Positions 58,256 through 64,000 of a stretch of 64,000 nucleotides of DNA are shown here, piece after piece. Position 1 is the first letter of the stretch, and the number at the start of each line of letters is the position of its first letter. Under the pieces are notes generated by a model. The model saw only the letters and a program-made list of their open reading frames with translations. It was not told the DNA's origin and ran no database searches. This stretch comes from an uncultured virus (IMG/VR IMGVR_UViG_3300029985_000038) (lineage: Duplodnaviria > Heunggongvirae > Uroviricota > Caudoviricetes): the IMG/VR virus record IMGVR_UViG_3300029985_000038. One strand, 5' to 3'. A program made the position numbers and the translations under genes.

Positions 58256-59044
58256 ATGTATATTGTTGGGGATGTTCACGCAGATTTAGATAGATTAAAA
58301 TTATTATTGAACACCAATAATTTAATTAATCATCATGATAATTGGATTGGAAAACAATCTAAATTATTTTTTGTGGGTGATTTAGTAGCTAGAGGTCCTT
58401 ATGATCTTGAGACTATTCAGTTTGTAAGAGAGCTACAAAGGCAAGCTTATTTGGATGGTGGTAAAATTAATTCATGTATTGGTAATCATGACGCCTTGTT
58501 TGTTAGTTTAGTTTTAGGTCTTGAAGAACATGAATCTTATAAAGCTATAGATCCTGCCATTAGATATCATTATTACTTAAATGGCGGTAAAGAATCAATT
58601 ATTGAAAGAGCATATGAGTCTTTTGATGATATCTTATGGTTATCAGAAAGACCAATGATGATTGTAGAGGATGGAATTGCTATTCAACATGCAGATTCAA
58701 TTTCCTACTACAAACATTTAGCTTACTCAATGGATAAAGATGATTTTGTTGAAGCTGCAAATGAAAAAGGGCAAGAACTAATGTCTACACATTTAGGTGC
58801 CTGGGAAGTTTTTGGAGATATGACTGACAGAAGAGATTGGGATTATTATGGTAGATCCACTAAGGAAATGCAAGTTTATTTAGATATTTTAGGGGCTAAG
58901 CATTTGGTACATGGTCACAGTAGACATGATTTTAATTATCCTGTTATTTATTACGATGGCTTAATTGCTAATATTGATGGAAGTATGAGTTGTGGCTATA
59001 GAAATGATGAAGATCGTGGTTTTATTTACTGTCCCGAATTATAA
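58256..59044 (+). CDS. Metallophosphoesterase
   Basis: GDVH, GDLVARG, GNHD, HGH. Confidence 0.9.
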   Translation: MYIVGDVHADLDRLKLLLNTNNLINHHDNWIGKQSKLFFVGDLVARGPYDLETIQFVRELQRQAYLDGGKINSCIGNHDALFVSLVLGLEEHESYKAIDPAIRYHYYLNGGKESIIERAYESFDDILWLSERPMMIVEDGIAIQHADSISYYKHLAYSMDKDDFVEAANEKGQELMSTHLGAWEVFGDMTDRRDWDYYGRSTKEMQVYLDILGAKHLVHGHSRHDFNYPVIYYDGLIANIDGSMSCGYRNDEDRGFIYCPEL

Positions 59045-59050
59045 TTAATC

Positions 59051-59833
59051 ATGAGTTATTTGTCTAGCGCAATTGTGTTAAACTGGAATGAATCTCACGT
59101 ATCAGTCGATACCGTGAGATTACTCCTAAATGAAAATGTTGAAGTTATAGTTGTTGATAATGGATCTGAGGATGGATCTTTTGATAAACTTAAAAAGGAA
59201 TTCGGCGCATCAGCTAAAGTAATTGGATGTAATGAAAATTACGGTTCTTCAATTGGCAGGAATTTAGGGATAGAATTAGCTAGTCAAGAGTATACTTTCT
59301 TAATTGACGGTGACATTCTATACGTTCCTGGTACTATATCTGCTTATAAAGCAATATTAAAAGAATTTCCAGAGGCTGCTGTTGTGGGTTATTTTGACGC
59401 AGAACATAGAGCTAAAACCGGCTGGGCACATGGAGCTAGAAGTAGAGAAGAAGCAGATAAAAAAATGTCTGAAATCAAGAACATAGCAGATTGGTATCCT
59501 GTGGCGTGGACTCAATATGGACTTTTTAGAACAGCACTCTTAAAGAAGTATAAATTTGTAACAATTCCTCCATTTAATCAATATGGATATGGATTGGAAG
59601 ATGATTGGTTCTATAATCAATTGAAAGCAGACGGTCATGAATCGCTCAGTGTTGATAAGCCTTTTTATTATCATGATGCACACTTTTCCATCAGAGAATT
59701 GACTAAAAAGGGTTTGTCTGATATGGCGGTTGAAAGAATGAGAGTTTATTCCAAACATTGGGGTGTAGGTAATACTTCTGGTGAAAAATTGCTTAAAGGT
59801 ATTCCTTTATCATTTAAGAGAGTGGCTTACTAA
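59051..59833 (+). CDS. Glycosyltransferase family 2
   Basis: VVDNGSED, RNLG, DGD, ED. Confidence 0.88.
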   Translation: MSYLSSAIVLNWNESHVSVDTVRLLLNENVEVIVVDNGSEDGSFDKLKKEFGASAKVIGCNENYGSSIGRNLGIELASQEYTFLIDGDILYVPGTISAYKAILKEFPEAAVVGYFDAEHRAKTGWAHGARSREEADKKMSEIKNIADWYPVAWTQYGLFRTALLKKYKFVTIPPFNQYGYGLEDDWFYNQLKADGHESLSVDKPFYYHDAHFSIRELTKKGLSDMAVERMRVYSKHWGVGNTSGEKLLKGIPLSFKRVAY

Positions 59834-60500
59834 ACCATTTTTGATTAAAGATAGACGCTGGCTCTAGGCAGAATTCACTAATACGTTCTCCAATCAAATA
59901 TGCAGATTGACTGCCTAGATGTTCCACTTTAGAAGTACTTACTAATGCATGTTTAAGACCGTGTGCTTTAATTGTTTGAATAATATCATCATCTTGATAC
60001 CAATAAGCAAAACGTTCATCTAATGGTGCTATTAAATCAATGGCTTTGCGACTGTAAACAGTACACCAAGGGGAAAATAATATACCGTTTTCATAGCCCT
60101 CAATTACACCCAATGGCATATTTACATGACGCCACCAAGATGGAGATAGTGGAGATGCTACATCTAATTGATGACTTACAATGCCTTCATAAATGTTTGT
60201 GAACCAATGATGATCAAAGATCAAATCATTGTTGGAAAAAACAACATAATCATTTTTACAGTATGACAATCCTATATTAAGGTAAGCATTGTAGTTAAAA
60301 GGTGTTTTAGGTTCTATGTAATGTGTATTTGGAAAAACATACTCCATATTTTTACGTTTATCTATATCAGCAGACTCCATTATAATAATATTAAATTCAT
60401 GATCTGATTCGGAGTTTATTAAAGAAATTATTGCATTGCTCGTTAGGAGGAACTGATGTTGATCAACTGTTTTTGTTAGTATTATTACGTCTACTTTCAT
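59814..60500 (-). CDS. Glycosyltransferase family 2
   Basis: FNYN..LNIG, NND, LDERF..WYQDDD. Confidence 0.82.
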   Translation of the reverse strand: MKVDVIILTKTVDQHQFLLTSNAIISLINSESDHEFNIIIMESADIDKRKNMEYVFPNTHYIEPKTPFNYNAYLNIGLSYCKNDYVVFSNNDLIFDHHWFTNIYEGIVSHQLDVASPLSPSWWRHVNMPLGVIEGYENGILFSPWCTVYSRKAIDLIAPLDERFAYWYQDDDIIQTIKAHGLKHALVSTSKVEHLGSQSAYLIGERISEFCLEPASIFNQKWFSKPLS

Positions 60501-60521
60501 GTGTAAAGTCCTATGTATATT

Positions 60522-61343
60522 TTAATTGGAAACCTCGTGGTATTGTTCGAGTAGATTGGCATTTTTAGATAAATATGAAAAGCTGGGTCGATATGAAAAA
60601 TGTGAAGCTATTGCATTTCCACATATTAGCCAGTCTGCTTTTGCTTGGCTTCTTCCTACGTAATTGAAATGACTTTCATCGTGAGTTCCAAATGGTAGCA
60701 TTGTTTCAAGAGTTGAACCACTCCAACAAATCATATTAATGGATACATAGTTTATATCAGGATAATTTATTGGGGCTTTAAACATATTTGTGTGTTGTGT
60801 CTTAATAGCTTTAAGTAAAAAGGTGTGAAGAAACATAGCTAATTCACCATTTTCATGATATGAAAAATTCTTAAACTTCTTATTGGGTATAATATTTCTT
60901 TTAAGAAAGGGTAAATGTGTATGAGAAGTATTAATAACATTAGCAGATACCAATTTATATGAAGTGCCTTCCATTTCAGTTAGTAATTTACACATATTGT
61001 AAATGCAGTGTTCATCTATCCAGCATATATCGTCGTCCATTTTTATATATATGGTGTTTGGGTCAATACAACGTTCGTAGTATTTAACATAATTAGATGG
61101 ATGAAATTTCCAACCCTCTTCATCTTCAAGATTTACTACTTCGCACCAATTAGGATGTTTTTGTTGGAATTTACGTATATACATGATATCGTATGGTTTT
61201 TGTGTGCAAAGCCAAAGTTCAAGTTTGTCGATGATATGCTTGTGTTTAACTAAATTATTAAATAAGGTTTTTAAATGATACTCCCTGCCAACGGGGATGA
61301 CAACAATCACCTTCTTATCATTAAACATACTATTTTTATACAT
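60522..61343 (-). CDS. Glycosyltransferase-like protein
   Basis: IPVGR, YIKMDDD, SIN, DE motifs. Confidence 0.65.
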   Translation of the reverse strand: MYKNSMFNDKKVIVVIPVGREYHLKTLFNNLVKHKHIIDKLELWLCTQKPYDIMYIRKFQQKHPNWCEVVNLEDEEGWKFHPSNYVKYYERCIDPNTIYIKMDDDICWIDEHCIYNMCKLLTEMEGTSYKLVSANVINTSHTHLPFLKRNIIPNKKFKNFSYHENGELAMFLHTFLLKAIKTQHTNMFKAPINYPDINYVSINMICWSGSTLETMLPFGTHDESHFNYVGRSQAKADWLICGNAIASHFSYRPSFSYLSKNANLLEQYHEVSN

Positions 61344-61363
61344 CTAATTAGGTATAATAAGGT

Positions 61364-61813
61364 ATGATTTTCAAAACAAAACCAATGGATCTTTTAGTTA
61401 TGGCATCGGAAATTGATCCAACCGAACAAGAGCGAAAACTTAAAGAAGCTAAAGAATTATTGATTGCTGATGGGTGGGTTAGTTTGAGTACAGAGTGTTC
61501 AGAGGACTATTATTTAGTTTACACTGCTGATGGAACCTTTGGTATTTATTGGCTTGAATGGGATAGTGATTATAGTGATTGGACATGGCAAACGACTTAT
61601 TATCCTGTTTTTTGGAAGTTTAAACCGCATTTATCTTATAAAGATAATGACTATTACAAATACATGGATGAAATGGTAACTCAAGGTCCAGGTTGGATTT
61701 TAGTAGCAAAAACTTTACCACAACTTACTGAAAATTCTTTAAAGGCTCATAAGCTTATGGGCGAATATTGGAGCCTTGAATGTGGTGATGCTGAAGAAGA
61801 GGTCGTGGTATGA
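61364..61813 (+). CDS. Hypothetical protein (paralog pair, 1)
   Basis: AKELLI.DGW...FW.FKP...YYKY.D...TENS shared with next ORF. Confidence 0.8.
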   Translation: MIFKTKPMDLLVMASEIDPTEQERKLKEAKELLIADGWVSLSTECSEDYYLVYTADGTFGIYWLEWDSDYSDWTWQTTYYPVFWKFKPHLSYKDNDYYKYMDEMVTQGPGWILVAKTLPQLTENSLKAHKLMGEYWSLECGDAEEEVVV

Positions 61814-62202
61814 TTAAAACAAAAGAACAAGAAGAACAAGAAGAGTTATTTCGCTCAGCTAAAGAATTATTAATTAAAGACGGCTGGTTAGTTTTAGATA
61901 AAACTATTCCAGATGGTTATTATTTGTTACATACGTCATCCAACGAAAATGTGGATCTTTATTGGATACAATGGGAAAATGAAAAAACCTGTTTCTGGAG
62001 ATTTAAGCCAACGGGTTCACCTGAAGAAACTCCAAAATATTACAAATATTTTGATGATTGTATGACACCCTCACCAGAATCATTCTTTTTAGTATCACCT
62101 ACAGTAATTAGTCCAACTGAAAATTCTATTCAGGCATATGAATTATTAGAGACGTTTTGGGATAGAGTGTTATATTCAGAAGATTATGCAGAGGAAGTAT
62201 AA
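61810..62202 (+). CDS. Hypothetical protein (paralog pair, 2)
   Basis: As above. Confidence 0.8.
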   Translation: MIKTKEQEEQEELFRSAKELLIKDGWLVLDKTIPDGYYLLHTSSNENVDLYWIQWENEKTCFWRFKPTGSPEETPKYYKYFDDCMTPSPESFFLVSPTVISPTENSIQAYELLETFWDRVLYSEDYAEEV

Positions 62203-62208
62203 TTAAAT

Positions 62209-63432
62209 ATGTTAAAATTTCCAATTTTATACCACAAAGGTAAGGGTGGGGAAATTCGTGTTTGGTCTGTTTGGTCTGATGGCGATACTGTTTTTACAGA
62301 ATATGGCGTCGAAAACGGTATTATGCAAATTTCCTCAAAGAAAGTTATTGCTAAAAATGTAGGTAAGAAATCTGCTACAACAGTAGAAGAACAAGCCGAT
62401 AAAGAAGCTAAAAGTCAATGGGAGTTCAAAAAGAAACGAAAGTATTCTGAATCAGTTGATGCAGCAGAAGAAGTTTTGCAACTTCCTATGTTAGCTAAAG
62501 ATTACACTCCTGATAAGATTGTTTTCCCAGCTTTAATGCAACCAAAATTAGATGGTGTACGTTGTGAAGCGTTTTGGGACGGCGATAGAATTAAACTTAT
62601 TTCTAGAGCAGGTTTAGAGTGGACTGTACCAAATCATATTGCTGAACAAGTTGCGAATGTGTTACCTAAAGGTTCACAATTCGACGGAGAGCTATATGTT
62701 CATGGTAAGTCATGTCAAACTATCACTTCGTATGTAAAGCGTCTACAACCGCAAACAGAACTAGTAGAATATCATATCTATGATATGCCAGTGGTTGATG
62801 GTGATGATACATTAACTAATGAAGAAAGACATGCTGCTTTAACTAATATTTTAAAGGATTGTCAAGAAACTCACTTAATTCTAGTGGAAACAATTGAAGT
62901 TCATAATGAAAAAGAAATTAAAGATACAGAAGCATATTGGGTATCTTTAGGTTATGAAGGTGGAATTGTGAGAAATAAGAAAGGTATTTATCGTTTTGGT
63001 TATCGTTCTTGGGATTTACAAAAAGTAAAAACCTTTAAAGATGGTGAGTTTGAAGTGATTGGCTGTAAAGAGGGTGTTGGAAAAATGGTGGGTTGTGCTA
63101 TTTTTGAATGTCGTAATGATATTACAGACGCAACTTTTGACGTTACTTGTTCATGCCCAACAATAGAAAAACAAGAACAATATAAAAATAGACATAAATA
63201 TATTGGAAAATTATTGACGGTTAAGTATTTTGATAGGACTGATGATGGCATTCTTCGCTTCCCGGTGGGTAAACTATTTAGAGCAGATGAAGATTTATCT
63301 AAAAATCTTATACCTATTAAAGTTTCACTTAATGAGGTATTAGTTAATGCTATAATCTCCAAAGCAACAGTAAAGCCAAAGGATAAAACCAAGAAGAAAT
63401 CTTTGTTTGACACTATTTTAGAAGAAGATTAA
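62209..63432 (+). CDS. ATP-dependent DNA ligase
   Basis: PMLA, KLDGVR, DGELY, EG..VR, K.K, RFP. Confidence 0.93.
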   Translation: MLKFPILYHKGKGGEIRVWSVWSDGDTVFTEYGVENGIMQISSKKVIAKNVGKKSATTVEEQADKEAKSQWEFKKKRKYSESVDAAEEVLQLPMLAKDYTPDKIVFPALMQPKLDGVRCEAFWDGDRIKLISRAGLEWTVPNHIAEQVANVLPKGSQFDGELYVHGKSCQTITSYVKRLQPQTELVEYHIYDMPVVDGDDTLTNEERHAALTNILKDCQETHLILVETIEVHNEKEIKDTEAYWVSLGYEGGIVRNKKGIYRFGYRSWDLQKVKTFKDGEFEVIGCKEGVGKMVGCAIFECRNDITDATFDVTCSCPTIEKQEQYKNRHKYIGKLLTVKYFDRTDDGILRFPVGKLFRADEDLSKNLIPIKVSLNEVLVNAIISKATVKPKDKTKKKSLFDTILEED

Positions 63433-63935
63433 TGAAACTTACAAATTTAATTGTTACGCAAGATGACGTGCGAAATGTCGATATCATAATTCCCATGATG
63501 GATTCTATTTATTATGGGGTTCTGTTTGATGAAGCACACGTTTGTTCTTACCATCGAAATGGAAGTCCTAACGCCTTAATCAAGTTAAGTCGTTTTCCAG
63601 ACGGTCTTGTTTTCGTACATGATGGTCATCATCGTTTAGTTGCTAAGCAGCTTTGTGGTGTATTGGAAATTTACGAATGTGAATACAAAATTACAGATTG
63701 GAAGTGTTACACAGATTATTCTAAGGCGAATTTGGATCATGGTTGGTATACTCCATTTGATCCTAGATTTGAAATTCGTAAAGCTGAATTTTTTGATTTT
63801 AAAGAAGAGGTTTTATCTCAGATGGAGCATGAAAGAATTGGTTATATTTATGATAACAGACATAAATATTGTAAACCTCGGACGCTACATACTGTAGCGG
63901 AATTAGCAGACAAAATTAAAAGTAGACTCAAATGA
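63432..63935 (+). CDS. ParB-like domain protein
   Basis: HDGHHRL motif. Confidence 0.6.
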   Translation: MKLTNLIVTQDDVRNVDIIIPMMDSIYYGVLFDEAHVCSYHRNGSPNALIKLSRFPDGLVFVHDGHHRLVAKQLCGVLEIYECEYKITDWKCYTDYSKANLDHGWYTPFDPRFEIRKAEFFDFKEEVLSQMEHERIGYIYDNRHKYCKPRTLHTVAELADKIKSRLK

Positions 63936-64000
63936 ATCTGCTTTTAATTTATCTAATATTATGAATTAGTTGCGCTTCCATACCATTCTTCTTATCCCAT

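Overview
The window is a fragment of a large, AT-rich dsDNA (jumbo-type) bacteriophage genome. 1-11.8 kb is a co-oriented array of about 30 small cassettes. Each starts with a near-identical promoter-like repeat (AATCCCCAAY-N~10-RGGTATACT-N6-ATG, mostly leaderless), and the array is punctuated by terminators, a second fixed-spacing motif and several non-coding units. It ends in a terminus-like region near 11.8-11.95 kb. The remainder carries virion proteins, nucleotide/NAD and glycan enzymes, a solo TnpB, tRNA-maintenance enzymes (CCA-adding enzyme, TrmH-like methylase), DNA ligase and two tRNA clusters. Best candidate for a new system: each tRNA cluster lies downstream of a promoter, a short leader peptide and a terminator/antiterminator. 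Each leader is built mainly from the codons read by the tRNAs downstream (Val/Met/Glu for cluster 1; Ala/Ile/Val for cluster 2). This is the layout expected for ribosome-stalling attenuators that switch on phage tRNAs when those tRNAs are depleted. Two tRNAs also carry an 18-nt hairpin insertion in the anticodon loop, and nearly all have a CGAGA trailer in place of an encoded CCA. All calls are by eye from motifs; no database searches were run.
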